From positions 124,001 through 188,000 of the forward strand of contig OZ176060.1 in NCBI GenBank assembly GCA_964247055.1: a stretch of 64,000 nucleotides of DNA, read 5' to 3'. The DNA is from Paragordius varius (Eukaryota > Animalia > Nematomorpha). The notes beneath the pieces were generated by a model. That model saw only the letters and a program-made list of their open reading frames with translations. It was not told where the DNA came from and did no database searches. Made by a program: the position numbers and the translations under genes. Positions 13,963 through 28,404 of the stretch are shown here, piece by piece. Every line of letters starts with the position of its first letter. Positions within the stretch are counted from its first letter, which is position 1.

Positions 13963-15470
13963 ACACTGGACAACAAATTTTTCTGCCACTCGAGTTTTTT
14001 GCATTTTCTGATACTTAGTATCATTCTAACAGTAAATCCGAAATAAAAATTATAACCCGTTGGAAGAATTTTGTATAATTTGATTTTTTTGATTATGCGC
14101 CCTCTTTATCAAAATTTTACTAAAAAATGTTTTTCTTTGAAAATATAGAAGTAATGCCCTTTTGTAATATATCATTCGAAAGAGTTATAAAAACTCTTTA
14201 AAATGCATACTAATATGTATTACATCGACAGTTAATATTCGACACAAAGAGGACAAACGCGCGAAGCGAGAGCACTTTTTTTAAATATTATATTTTTGAA
14301 ACTAATGGATGAAAATATCTCAAACTTTGCTTAGATGGTGATGAATGTCCAAAAAAGATAACACAAGAAAGTTTTTTTGATTAAAATATTTTTTATTGGT
14401 TTTATGTCACTCAAAACAGCCATTTTTAAGTTTTTTGTTGTTTTAAAAATTACCGTCTCATCAATATTAATTTATATTCTTTACGAGGTTGATAATTTCG
14501 AAATTTTAAAGATAATAACAAAGTTTAAGGTGTTTTTGATCTTTTATAGCCATTATGTAATAAATTTAGAGCTATAACTATGATCGAAAGAGCGCAAAAA
14601 ACTGCATTTTTTAAATGGTAGTAAGTCATTTAAATCAATCAGATGTAAAAGTTATTTGGATTTAAATGGTCGAAATTTTCAATCCTTAATTAAGTCAAGA
14701 ATTTTCACAGACAAACTAATTTGAAAATCATATAAATTATTTTAATATAATAATTAGGGTTATATTAGTATTTAATTTAAAAAATATGTTTGAAAAAGCT
14801 TTTGGCTTGCTTTTTTAATAAAAATTATTATTATCATAAATATTTTACCTAGTGGATACTAAAATGGTAAGTTATAACTGTAAATTTATTACATAATGGC
14901 TATAAAAGATCAAAAACACCTTAAACTTTGTTATTATCTTTAAAATTTCGATATTATCAACCTCGTAAAGAATATAAATTAATATTGATGAGACGGTAAT
15001 TTTTAAAACAACAAAAAACCGAAAAATGGCTGTTTTGAGTGACATAAAAGAATAAAAAAAATATTTCACACAAAAAAATTTCTTGTGTTATCTTTTTTGG
15101 ACATTCATCACCATCTAAACAAAGTTTGAGCTATTTTCATCCATTAGTTTTAAAGATATATTAATTAAAAAAAATGCTCTCGCTTCGCGCGTTTGTAGCT
15201 ATTTGTGCCCAATAATAACTGTCGATGTAATACATATTAGTATACATTTTAAGTTTTTATTACTTTTTTATATTACAAATGGGCATTACTTGTATATTTT
15301 CAAATAAAAACATTTTTCAGTAAAATTTTGATAAAGAGGGCGCATAATTTAAAATATCAAATCATAAAAAATTCTTACAAGGAGTTATAATTTTTATTTT
15401 AGTACTGTTAGAATAATACTAAATATCAGAAAATGCAAAAAACTCGAGTGGCAGAAATGTTGTCCAGTGT
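13963..15470. mobile_element. 1.5 kb non-coding foldback DNA element with ~600-bp TIRs
   Basis: 13963-14579 is the imperfect reverse complement of 14870-15470, with termini ACACTGGACAACA / TGTTGTCCAGTGT, TA on both sides and a ~290-bp spacer. ORFs 14377-14577(+) and 14872-15069(-) mirror each other. Confidence 0.85.
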
Positions 15471-15510
15471 TATAGATAAGAGCTCTTCTTACCCTATTTT
15501 ATTTCGGATT

Positions 15511-15680
15511 TATGTCCGTATAATAAAAAATTTGTCCGTTGAAAAAAAAATTTGTCCGTATAAAAAAAATTTGTCCGTATAATCGAGAATTTGTCCGTAT
15601 AATAAAAAATTTGTCCGTATAATCGAGAATTTGTCCGTATAATAAAAAATTTGTCCGTTGAAAAAAAATTTGTCCGCCAA
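15511..15680. repeat. Tandem array of nine ~20-bp units with core TTTGTCCGTAT
   Basis: Units start at 15511, 15531, 15551, 15570, 15590, 15610, 15630, 15650 and 15669. The core equals the inner motif of the CAGT-MITE TIR. A CAGT-family right end (TTCGTCCGGATAATTACATATTTTACTG-TA) follows, ending at 15778. Confidence 0.92.
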
Positions 15681-17577
15681 TTAAAAATTATAATCTTTTG
15701 ATTTTAACTCTCTGTCTCTTATATAAAAATTATGTCTGTTAGTTAAAAAATTCGTCCGGATAATTACATATTTTACTGTAATATATAAAAAAGAGTTATG
15801 TTTTGTTGCATATTATATAGCATCATATCACTAATTAAGTTTTAAAATAAAATTTTTAAAAATATATTATATAGTGTACAAATAAACTCAAGAAACAAAT
15901 GTTGTCTAGTGTGGTCCGTCTATGTTTTTATTGGTGATATATTCAAACTGTTATTGGATAATTAAACGTTAGACGCCATCTATTTTAAACAAAATTATAT
16001 TTTATATTTTTAAGTATATCAATCTCTATTTGTATAAAAGTTAATAATTAATATTATTTACAAATATATAATGTATACTTTTGAAATAAGCTGTGTTATA
16101 AATATTTAAGCAATATATTCATTAAATAATTGAGCTAAAACGTTAAAAAACTGTGTTTTTGTTATCATTTAATACCGACAAATAAAATTTAATCTATAAA
16201 TTAAGTACTATTTTTCCATAAACAATAGTATAATCTATTTCGAAAAACTAAAAATAAATTTTATTTATAATGGCAGTACACGAAAAAAAGTTGTCGCATA
16301 AAAGAAGTTAAGGGGTGAAAATACAAAAAGTGTAGACATAAATGGTTCATAACTATTAGGATCTATATTAAATTTAAACTTTTTTAATTTATTGTTTCTG
16401 TAGAGCAAAAAAACTCATAAAGCTGTTCGGAGTCAAACTAAAAATAGGACTTGTCAATAAATTATGCTAGTATACACAATGTTTACTTTTTTATGAAAAT
16501 GGTTTTTATTTTATATTATTTAATGCAAATTATAAAAGTATCATTATGGGGCGTAATGATTGTTAGATTGTCAAATTCATGCATATTGTATTCAATTATT
16601 TTTTACTGCTTCTTTAATACACAAAAATATCGTTAAAAATTAAATTTAGACAGTATTGATTTAAATGTAAAGTATTATGTAATACATTCAAGTTAAAATA
16701 ATTAAAGGAGTAAGTATACATTGCTAGAAATTTATTAATTCTTGCCAAATAGCATAAACAATAAAGGGTAGTATTATTGGTTTATATATTTTTTCTAATT
16801 TTAACTATTATTGGCCAATAATAATTCTTTTTGTTGGCAATAATTAATAACTTTTGCAATATACATTTACTAATATTGTCTACGGAAAAAGTAATAAAGA
16901 TAACTATTTTTTTCTAAAAGACAACCCTACTTTTCAATTCTTTTTTTTGATATAAAACATGGAATTGCAAAGGATAAAGTAGAAATGTACATTGGTAACA
17001 CAAATTACATATTTTTCGTTATTTAATTCTCATAGGATATAAGGATTTATAAAATATGGTTATCTTTTGTAAAAAAAATTGTCTTTATTTTTTTACGTTG
17101 CTTCCATATAATATCAGTTTTTACTGTATTATTGCTTCTAATGCCCGCTCGCTTTTACACAAATAAACACGTGTAATTCTTAGTCTTGTTATCAGTTAAT
17201 CCATTTACAGATGTTAACTTTTTCTGATAGAAGTTGAAGAGGTCATTAGTTGAAAAAATATTCAACTAAAAAAATTATTTTACTAATTTTAATATCGAGA
17301 AATTTTGAATAAAAGCCTGTATATATCTTCTAATTATCTCAAACTGCTCTATGTATTTTGACACCTTTTGGATCAACTAAGGCTGAACTGGATTAGTCTT
17401 AGTTTAAATAAAAAATCACACAAATTGATTAATGAGGATGTCAAAATCATCAATTGTCGATAGAAAATAAAATATCAATAATTGAGGCAAGGTACTCATA
17501 TATCATGATTTAATATTTAAAATAAATTTTGGATTTTTATCTATTTTGCGAAGGGGAGGTAGTAAATGTTTTTTTTT

Positions 17578-17624
17578 GGGGGGGGGGGGAGGGGGGGTGA
17601 ACAAAAAATAGTTGGGAACCACTG
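17578..17624. mobile_element. Orphan hAT-like terminus preceded by a G-run
   Basis: GTTGGGAACCACTG at 17611-17624 (rc CAGTGGTTCCCAAC) with a poly-G tract at ~17578-17598. No partner end was found. Confidence 0.35.
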
Positions 17625-18546
17625 GTGTAAATCATTGAGTTTTATTTAGGAAAATCAGGATATTAAAATTGGACATATTATTAATTATTATTAATTCAAA
17701 TATATAATATTACAGTCTTACTATATGTATGTTAGAAGTTAGTCGTGATGCGCCTATAAGCTTTCTCATAAATAAGAGAATATAAATTTTTGTCTTATAA
17801 AATATACTAAACCTATATATATTAATTGGAGCAACCAAATTTATATATACCATGTGGACTTTAAGTGTGTTTTACACTTCAGGTTGGTTTATAAAACACT
17901 TAAATTTGTTCTTTTGGTAATCCTCCGAAATTTTGCGAAATTTATTAATATATCTTAGATTTTAACATTAAAAAATAATTCTCTCAAAAATTGCATTTTT
18001 GTTGATAAATTTAATATCTTTTTGTTAACGCCTACTTCATCTATTTCAAGGCATTACGAAAACGACATAGGCTCTATATAAAACCACTAATCAATTTTAT
18101 ATTACATTTTCCTTAATAAAAGCTTTAATCAAATTCTAAGGTGATAAAATACATTTCCATCCTAATTTAAATTACCGTAAAATACAGTTCATCATTATGC
18201 AAATATTTATATTTTTAACAAGAGTGCATTTTTTAAAAATATTTTTTTGTATAGCAAAATCTCGGTTTTTGCTTTTGTTTGAAAAAACTAACCCATTTTA
18301 GACGTGTCCAAATCTGCAATTTAATTTCTTTGAAAAATCTTGTTTTGCTTTAATGTGTAGTTTATAACATATTTAATTGATATTTTTGGAATAAGGCAAT
18401 TTACCTATCACCAAATAAATTTAAAAGAAATAGCTTTCTCACTCAAACCCAACTAAAATCACAATACTGATATATTTATAATGAGAATGCATATTTCACA
18501 GGATATATTTACTGAATTTTAGGAGAGTTATTCTTATGAATATGTA

Positions 18547-18820
18547 CAGTAAAATTGAAATTATACGGAGATAACAAAAAATATAAACACATTTTTAAAA
18601 GAACAGCCATACCATTTGAATTTTAATTTTTACAATGAATACTCATTGTTTCAATTTTTAATCCAGGAAATAAAGATAATCGATAAAAGAAGCGATTTAT
18701 GTAGTATCCAATTGTAATTATTTTAATAGAATAAATTAAGGTTTAAAAAGTATCATTGTATCTTTGAAAAATTTTTTTTTAATACATTACGTTTTGTCCG
18801 TATAATTTCAATTTTTCCTG
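18547..18820. mobile_element. Tc1/mariner-type MITE (CAGT family)
   Basis: TA-CAGTAAAATTGAAATTATACGGA ... TTTTGTCCGTATAATTTCAATTTTTCCTG-TA; 274 bp. Confidence 0.85.
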
Positions 18821-21344
18821 TAATTGGAAAATTATAACAGCTGTATTATATAAATAATATTTATTTAAGAACATATATGAACTTGATTCCGAACATGATG
18901 AAATTATTAGTGGCCATAAAATTTTAAAACAATGCTACTTATGTGAATTTATCAAATAAAAAACTTATTGTGTTAATTTATTAGAGTAAAATATGAGAAT
19001 GAATTGACTAAAAAGTATATTATATTTTTTCTAACAGTATTTTAGGCAAAAATTTTAAAATTCAGGAAAAAACGGGTGTACAAAAAGCAATGTCTAGAAC
19101 CCTGTTATATAAAACAATTTATAACATATTAAATATTAAATAATCTCTATTTATATTTAACATATATATTTTGCGCTTAACAATAAATACCATATGTAGT
19201 TACTAATATCTATAAAAATATAATAATATAATTAAATAAGCCATTTATTTATAATAACATTAAAATAAGAGAGATATATTTTTTTAATAATACAAAATAT
19301 TTTTATTCTGCGGTTTTTTAAACTATGTAAAAACGAATTTAAAATTAATAATTGGTTTCCAATTTATTTCTCTTTTTCATACTTTTTCAATTTAAATAAT
19401 ATTTGTTTAATATTTTTGTGTTTTGTCCGTAAATTACTATATTATATATATATTATAAATTACACTATTATAATGAATCTTAAAATTGGATATCCACAAA
19501 ATTTTTTATTAAGAGATTCAAATTTTAAGACAATAAAAATATTTTTTTACGAGTTTGATAGGTCCAATATATGTTAATAAAACAGTTTTTAAATATTGAA
19601 ATTTTTAAATCAAAACGAAGATTATAAGACAACATAAAATTCTGCATATTTCCCAATTGCAAATATATAATTAAATTAATTACCAAATCACATCAAATAT
19701 CATATTTTGCGATTTAAACAAGATTGAAATAATTATGTTTAGAAAATATGTTATGTAATGCTTGATTTTGTGGATATCCAATACTATTCAAAAATTTACT
19801 AATACTATCGAATAATTTATAATATATATATGACATAGTAATAATTGAAATTATAAGAAAAAAACACAAAAATAGACAAATATTTTTAAAAAGACATTTG
19901 TCTTTTCATCCAATTTACAAAGTAAGAAATCGAGACGTATATTGAACCCAAATAATATACTTTTTAATTGTAATTGAATAGTTTTTAAATAAAAACCGGT
20001 TAATAAAAGTATGTTTGGATTTTGAAACAATCATGCCTAATTTTTTACGTTTTTTCCTTATAATTTAACTGTAAATAGATGGCTTAAAAATTTTCACACT
20101 TGTATTTAAGAAGGAAATATTTATCAGTAAAGTGCATATTACATTTTTTACTGAGCGCAAATATATTTTATATAAAATTAGAGACTATTTAATTTTTGGA
20201 GAAGGCATAAATTGTTTTATATAATTGGGTTCTTACGTTGCCTCTTTTGGTAGACCCGTTAAAACGTTTTCCTAAATTTAAATTTTTGCTGAATAACTCA
20301 CCTAAAAAATTAATTTTGTGTCAATTCATATTATATTTTAGTATAATAAATTATTGCAATATGTCTGTTTTTTTCACTAATAAACTTTCTATTAGATTTT
20401 AATATAATTCAAATTCACAACGTCTACAAAATGATAACCTGATTTCTGATAGTAAGTATCAAGATTATATGGGTGCTTTTGATTGCCCTTACAAGTGATT
20501 ATTAAACCTATTTAAACTTTTGTGGACATGTTTACAAATAAAAGCAAAATAATATTTTCAAAAAACTTTAATTTTTTAGAAATGGGCTCCAAAAGTCCCA
20601 AATAAAGCTCTTTGAAAATGGGATATTCCTTTTAATATAAACGCCCAGGATTGCGCGAAAAAGAATTTTAATAGATTAAATATTGATACTAAAAATGCCA
20701 AATTTTTTTAAAAATTTAATTTTTAGCAAATTTTGAAGCGTACTTCATACTTTTTGAGGTATTCTGAAGAGACTATAAAAGAGGTAAAGATATTATAAAA
20801 ACACTTTTTCTACATAATTCTATGTGAACATTTCTATCATGACAGAATTTCGATTAAAAAATCTGTTTATTTTCAAAGTTAAATATAATTTTTTTAATCC
20901 TAAAAAAGATAATAAACAGACTTTTTAATAAAAATTCTCAACAGTTTTTAATGTTTATCACTATTAAATAGATAGAAAAAGTTTTATTATTATAATTTAA
21001 GCGTTTTTATACCCTTTCCATAAATATATTTTAAAAAACAAGGTAGCAGAGCTATATAATAAATTAAAGATGGCATATAAACTAATTAATGCATTTTTTA
21101 TGGCGGTTATAATAAAGTAATTGTATTTAAATAACTTATTCTTTTCAAGATATAAATTCACTTTTTTTACTTTCATCAAATTGTTAAACATAACAATAGA
21201 ATCTTTGTATAAATGGAATAAGCATTTAATAATAAAAAGTAATGTTGTATCATGTCAATTATAATTGATTTTAATGATAGAAGGAACAGTCATGTTTTAT
21301 TTAAAATAAAAATATTAAAACTACCAACTCTATACCTTAACTTA

Positions 21345-21601
21345 CAGTAAAAATTGAAATTATACGGACAAAAGGTAAAAATATACAGGCAAATTCTTTT
21401 TTTAAAAGACAACCATACTTTTTTAAATTTAAATTTTTCTATATTAGCTATTTAATTACAATTGTAAGATTTGATTGTGTTAGTTATGTGAATTTTATTT
21501 TACATTTTTTTATGTTAAACGATGAGTTATAAAAATTAAAGTTAAAATAGTATAGTTTTTCTTTTATAAATATTTGTCTTTATTTTACATATTGTCCGCT
21601 G
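21345..21601. mobile_element. Tc1/mariner-type MITE (CAGT family), right TIR partly deleted
   Basis: The left TIR TA-CAGTAAAAATTGAAATTATACGGACAAAAGG is complete. The right end reads TTTTACATATTGTCCGCTG-TA. Confidence 0.7.
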
Positions 21602-22805
21602 TATATTAAAAGAATGACCTACGGGTATATTTATAATAATGACACCATAAAATAATATTTCATTAGTTAATTAACCATTATAATAAAGTTTCATTTAACT
21701 TCACAAAAAAAGTTTTAACTATAACATAATTCACGAGAATTTATATTATATAAACCTGTTCATAGCCAAAAATTAAATAATATAATATGGACTAAACAGG
21801 ATTTTATTGGCAAAGATTAAATTAGCTTTGTTAACTTATACCAATTTTTTCATTATTAAGTCCTACAATTGGTCATTAGAAACTATAAATTAAAGTATCA
21901 TATATAAAAAATGTCAATGTACATGCCATCTATTTAGATCGTATGAATTCTTTTATTAGCGATAACAATTATCAACCAACAATAGCGAGTAGCATGTTGA
22001 TTGCACAAAATATATTATTTATTTTTTACAAAAAATATAAGATAATCTAAAGAATAGATTATACCTGGATACTTTTAAATTTTATTTTTGTTTCTATATA
22101 TTGATTTTATAAAAGTATAGTTATGCACAATTTTGAAAAATATTTTTTAATTTACATGCTATCCTATCTAAATACCTTTCTCGCCAAATTTTTTTTAAAT
22201 TATTTAAATATCTTAGAATTTCTATACGAATATTTTATAATTTTAGTTTATTAGTGTTTTACGGTTTTTATGAAAAAGACTCATCTTAACCTTTTGACAA
22301 TTACATTTGCCGATTTAACCGTAGAGCCTATTTGTTTTAAGTCAGAAAACTTAGAATATATACAATTCCACTTTAATGTTAGACACTTTACATTATTTTT
22401 AGACAATTGGCAATACAATAATGTGTGTGAGTAAAAATCAATCGGACTGAGATAAACATTTTTTAGTGTAGTTACAACATTAAATAAATCTATTAAATTA
22501 TGGACGAAATTTTTTTTATATCATATGTATTGTATTGCTAATTGGCCAACAATAAAGTGAGTATTGTAAATTATTTTTGCTGTAAGAATGCTAATCTAAA
22601 ATAAACTTCAGATACCAATAAAATAGCATGGCAAATATCTTATGATCTAAAAAATCAAAAAATAGTTTGCAAAGCGTCTCCATAAAATGAATTTAAATAT
22701 ATTTATTTCTAAAAGGGATCGAAACGGCTAATATATTTACAAATGATATTCAATGTACATTTTAAAAATGCCTATTAAGATTGTTTTTATTTGTATATTA
22801 AATTT

Positions 22806-23634
22806 TCAAATCTTACATTTATATGTAATTTTTTCGTGAACAGCATGAATATGTGTTGCAACATCTCCTCTTCGGGTAAACTCTTTTTTACAAATCGGAC
22901 ATTCATATTTAGTTTTTTTATGAACACCATGAATATGTCTTGCAAGATGGCCGTTTTGAGTAAATTCTGTTTTGCAAATCGGACATTCATGCTTTATTTT
23001 CTCATGAACTGAATAAATGTGCAGAGTAAGAGAGCTTTTTTGAGAAAACAGCTTTGAACAAATTTTGCACGGATATTTAACTTGTTCATGAACGGAACGA
23101 ATATGTTGGGTCAAGCCTCTTTTATACATGTATATCTTATCACATTGAATACATCGATAATTATTGGCCAATTTTGAAAAGTTTAAAGATTTAATAGGTT
23201 TTGTTTTGTTACTATCAAGCTTGTTAATATCATTCAAGCTTATGCCATTGGAATCAACATTTGAAGATACCGAGCTTATATCTTTAACATTTTTTGGTGA
23301 TTTTTTCAGAGAAAGATCTAAAGGTTCTGTCTGTTCTCCTACCAAATCAATATTTAGGGTATCTTTGTTGGTTTTGGTATCATTTTTATTTTCATTTAAA
23401 TATTATTTTGAGTATTTTCGCTTTTATGTTCCCTTAAATAACAAAGGTTATGGAAAGAAGCCTTCAAAATTCTTCGTAAATCATCGTTTGTAAAGTCTTC
23501 ATTTTCCAATAAATTAAGAAATGAGGCCGGTTTAGATGGATCCTCAATATACGTTTCTTGTTGATTTTTAAGTTCTACTTTATAAAGCTTAGTATCAAGA
23601 TCACACCAAAGTTTGTAAGTCGAGTCGCCAAAAT
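22806..23634 (-). pseudogene. C2H2 zinc-finger gene, copy 2 (N-terminal region + PLDLS + 4 fingers + decayed 5th)
   Basis: After an acceptor-like CTAACAAATTTTTTAG the frame reads DFGDSTYKLWCDLDTKLYKVELKN...LCYLREHKSENTQNN. A 1-bp deletion near 23400 shifts it into ORF 22806-23345 (GEQTEPLDLSLKK...4 fingers). The last finger is broken by TGA. Confidence 0.85.
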
Positions 23635-26600
23635 CTAAAAAAATTTGTTAGAAATGTAATTAAAAAGTCAAATTATTAATAATGAAATAAGTTTTGAAAG
23701 CCCAAGACATAAAACTTAGTGTACAGGTTTATTATTGTCACTAAAATTACAACCGCAAACATTAAATAATTACACTAATGATTATAATTGATAGATAAAT
23801 GTAAAAGTATAAAGAAAAATATTTTTTTATGATATAAAACTATACTTTATTAAAAGGAAAACTTTTCTACATAAACTATTATATTAAATATGATATCTAT
23901 ATTAACAATTATATCTTTATGGACTATTTTTTAAATCAAATCCATGAGTGTTATATGTATATATAAATATTCAAAGTATGGCTGTCAATTGGATTTATTA
24001 TTATTTTTTTTAAATAAATATTATACAATATTATAAGGTGGCCCTAAAGTCGCTTATAAAGCTCGATTAGTGAAATATTTTAATTTATACAAAGGACACT
24101 AAAAAAGATAAAAAACTATTATAAGGAAAGATTCATTGAGATTTTGAAATCATAAAATTAATTTGTTATATATGTATAATTCAGCTAAAATTATATAAAT
24201 TTATTATGATATTTCGATTACTTTAAGTAATCTTGGTCAAACGTAAAAATAAAATTAAAATATATACTAAAATTTAAATTAATTATTTTTCTAAAAAATG
24301 TTGCAAACAAAATAAAACTAAATTATAATTATTATTATTATTATAATTATCAATTGATCCAATTTATAAAATATTAGCAGTTATTTGTCTAATAAAACGT
24401 TATCAATTTTAATAACAGGTGATGTTATATATTGATACATTAAAATGGATTGATTTCATTTTTACGATTTAAATATATATACATTTAATTTGATAACATA
24501 AATCATTCAAAATTAAAAAATATTTTATATAAATTAAAAATTAAAATTTATAATCTTAAAAATAAGCTAAAAATATTTTCTAAATTTCGGTTAATAAATA
24601 TAAATTATAGCTAAGAATTTAAAAAGATAATTAATATTAAATTAAATTACAAAAAAATATTCCATTAGTTAAAGAATTTAATTTAATTAATTTACAATTT
24701 TTTCTAAAAATTAAAGTTATAAATAATAAATATTAAAAATAATAATTGATACAAAAATAATTTAAAATAAAAAAAAATAAAATATTTTACAAAATTTTAA
24801 AAACATATACCCATTTTTCAAATAATTTGAATATTTTATCGAATAAATAAAATGTTTTATTATTTAAAATTATTATATTATTAATTTATTTAAATTATCT
24901 GAATAATTTTAATAAATAGATTATTTATTTTGCTAATTGTCAATTTTTTATTAATGATTTTTTCATAAATAAAAGTATTAAAATATTTTAAATTCTTAAT
25001 TACTGGAATCGCAAAATAAAGTGTATGATATATTTCAATTATTATTTAATTCGCTCCCCCCTTTTTTTAAAAAAATATTTAATTAAATAAATTCTTTCAA
25101 ATTATATATTTTCAAGTAAAAATGGTTGAACTCGAATAAATTGAATATATTATAATTTAATTTTAATTTAATAAATAATATTGAGAAAATATTTTGTAAA
25201 AATATTTGATTCTAATATATATTTACAAGGGCTGATGGTAGTCTATATAAAATTATCGAAATCTAATAATATATCTTGTTAATACAGTAAAAATATAATC
25301 ATACAAACAAAACTTTAAAACAAAAAATTTTTTGGACAAATTTACCATACTTTTCAACAATGGTTTTTGAAGTACAAACTAAATATGTTTTTAAGATATG
25401 ATAAAATATTTTCGGTTAGACATTTTTACCTCAAAATTTTGATTATAAAGTTAGATTGGGTAATTAATCGTAATATAGAATTTATATTTATTTTAATTTA
25501 AAGGCGACAAAATAATCGAAATTTCGAGGTGATGTATTTAATATATAGTCAATCCGGTTATAGCATTCATTTTTTGTGTAATTTTTATTTTCTTTTATTT
25601 TTGTAACGTCGGATATAATCGCAATATTTATTATATGTGTAGTATTTATATTTTATTGGCCATATTTTGGGTACCCCTTTTAACATTAGAAAACATATTT
25701 CTCACCATAATTCAGTTTACGGCATTCTTGTTGTTTTAAGTCATGGCAATAGTATAAATATAAAAAAATAAGAAGTTAAAGATTTATTACTGTTTTTAAA
25801 GGCTAAAAATTATAGGTTCATTTTTGGAAAAGCTATGTTTTTGATTGAGAGCTAAGAGATAACCTATAATTAAATAACATTCTATTGCACCTATATTAGT
25901 TTTAAAGTACCAATAAAAAAAATATGGATTTATATAAATTAAATTTTCCAAATGTGAAATCAACAATCTAACATTATTACGGAAAACTCACATGAATAAT
26001 TTAATTTACTTAAATTGGAAAGAGTATATTATGATAATAATTTGATACAATATAACCTTAAGTTTATATATAAGCGATTTTTTCATACAATATTGCTAGA
26101 GCCAAAAAGAGACAATCAAGAGGGGCAGAAAATAACTACATTTCTTGGTTAATGAATTAATATTTAAATTACAGTATTTGGATTTTTACAATTAAAAATA
26201 TATAAGGACAAATGTTTTTTTAAAAGATTACCTATGTACTTTTATAAGCTTGATATGTTTTAAAATTCATGATTATTATAAACTACAAAGTAGGAAATAG
26301 AGATTTATATGGGTTAAACAATCAAATATGTATTATACAATTGCACAATTATATAATAGGGGAGAATAATGTTTAAAAAAATTATGGTTATTTTTTATAA
26401 AAAAATATTTGTTATATTGATTAATTTTTATTTTTGGTTTAAATAGATGGCTTATTTACTCTCATTTGTTACGTCTTATGTAATATAATCTTTTAGTAAC
26501 TCTATAATACAGTTATTATCAGGTGCATATATTTTTAAATGATATCATTTTTTGATATGTTATAAATTGTTAAATATTATTGGGTCCTTACATTTGCTCT

Positions 26601-28404
26601 TTGTACATCAAAGGACATTTTTCTAAAAATAAAATTTTTGTTTAAAAACCATAATTATATTTAGTCAATTAAGTTATTTAATTTAATAAGGATCGTGTCT
26701 AATTTATTAAAGGTTTATAATATTTGTATTACAGTGCGTCCGAAATCGGGAAGTATAAAAAAATAATCTGATGACATATATGTATATAAATATTCTGACA
26801 AGAGAATGTAAAGATTATCATGGTGCTTCTTTTGATTTTTGCTTTTACGAGTGATTTAAGAAAGTTATTATTAACAGTTTTATGGTGAGTGATCTTTATC
26901 AGAAAATGGCAGAATTTGCCCACATTTCTTAAATAATTTTTTAATAAAAGCTAACTGATAATTCAAAAATATTATTAACAAGTATAGTTATTGATAATAA
27001 CACAGCGTCTCACAAATATCCTAATGTAATATATATTCTTAGGCAAATGTATCATATGGTGCTTTTGTTAAGCCCTTACGAGTGATTCAAGAAAGTTATT
27101 TAAACTTTTGTAAGAAATGTTCCATATCGCAAAATTTGAAAACAATTTTTTTAAATAAATTTTTTTGGTGACTATAGGCTTCAATGCTAAAAAATCACTA
27201 AATAATTTATTATATATACATATAGAGTTAAAACAATATAAAAACTTTAATTTTTAGAAGTGGCCCAGATGGTCCCATATTATTCGCTCTTCTAAAATAG
27301 GATAGTCCTTTTAAAATAAACGTCAAAATGCCGAGATTGCGCAATATTTAAATATATTTGATACAAAAAATATTTATATAAAAATACAAATTTTTTTAAT
27401 CTAATTTTTATCAAAATTTTGAAGCTACTTCATACTATTTTAAGGTATGATGAAAACAGTATAAAATTGAGATAATAAATTTTTTTTTACATAATTTGAT
27501 AATTCTAAACATTTATATCATCTCATTTCGATTATAAGATGTTTCTTCAAGTTAAATATAAACTTTTTACAATCAAAATAATTTAAAGCAATCATTATCT
27601 AATTAAATGAACTTTGAAATGTTATCACTATTGAATTATATTTAAAAAAGTTTATTTTAATGTCTTAAAGCGTTTTATACCTTTTTTGCTAAATTTATTT
27701 TATAAGTTTATTTGTTATTTGATAAAAATTTGGCGAAAATTGTTACCCGTTTTTTAAAAAGCATGTATTTTAAATTGAAAATAGCAGAGCCGTATTCCCT
27801 TAGATTAATTAAATAGATGGTATTTTACATGTTTTTCCAGTCAAATTAAACTAACTGTGTTAGAATAAACATTCACCTATTTTTACTTTTATGGAGTTTA
27901 TAAGCATAACATATTTATCCTACATATATTACTATAATATTACCAATATGTCTGTTATTCTAAATTGTATTTTATAAATATAAATAAATTAATCATCTCT
28001 AAACTAATCCAAATTTTCAAACAAAGAAACTAACACAACTAAAACTCGCCAATGTAAATAATTAAGTCTATTTTTGGTTCATATATAGACGTTTGCTTTT
28101 TGGAGTATTTATTTACTTTAAAATATTACAATATAATCTGAATATTTATTAGAATTGAGTTAAAAAATGATAAAACAATTTTTTTATAAATTTAAATTTC
28201 AGAACACCAATTTTTAATATATATTAGGGTCTTAATTATTTTTGAAATATTTTTTGCACAATGATTTTTTATATTTAATCATATAACTAAAAATTTTTTT
28301 TAGACTTGAATTTTTCTGAATTTTTTTTTCAATTATCTTCGTGAAAAAATATTCTATTATCAAAGAGTCGGTTTTTTCAAGATTAATCAATTAATATATT
28401 AAAG

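Noticed and set aside
14377-15069. Two near-identical small hydrophobic ORFs on opposite strands
   Set aside because: They are a by-product of the long inverted repeat. The F/I/L/K-rich composition is expected from AT-rich non-coding DNA.
15511-15680. Possible CRISPR-like repeat/spacer array
   Set aside because: The intervening parts are only 8-9 nt and themselves repeated, and the core matches the MITE TIR.
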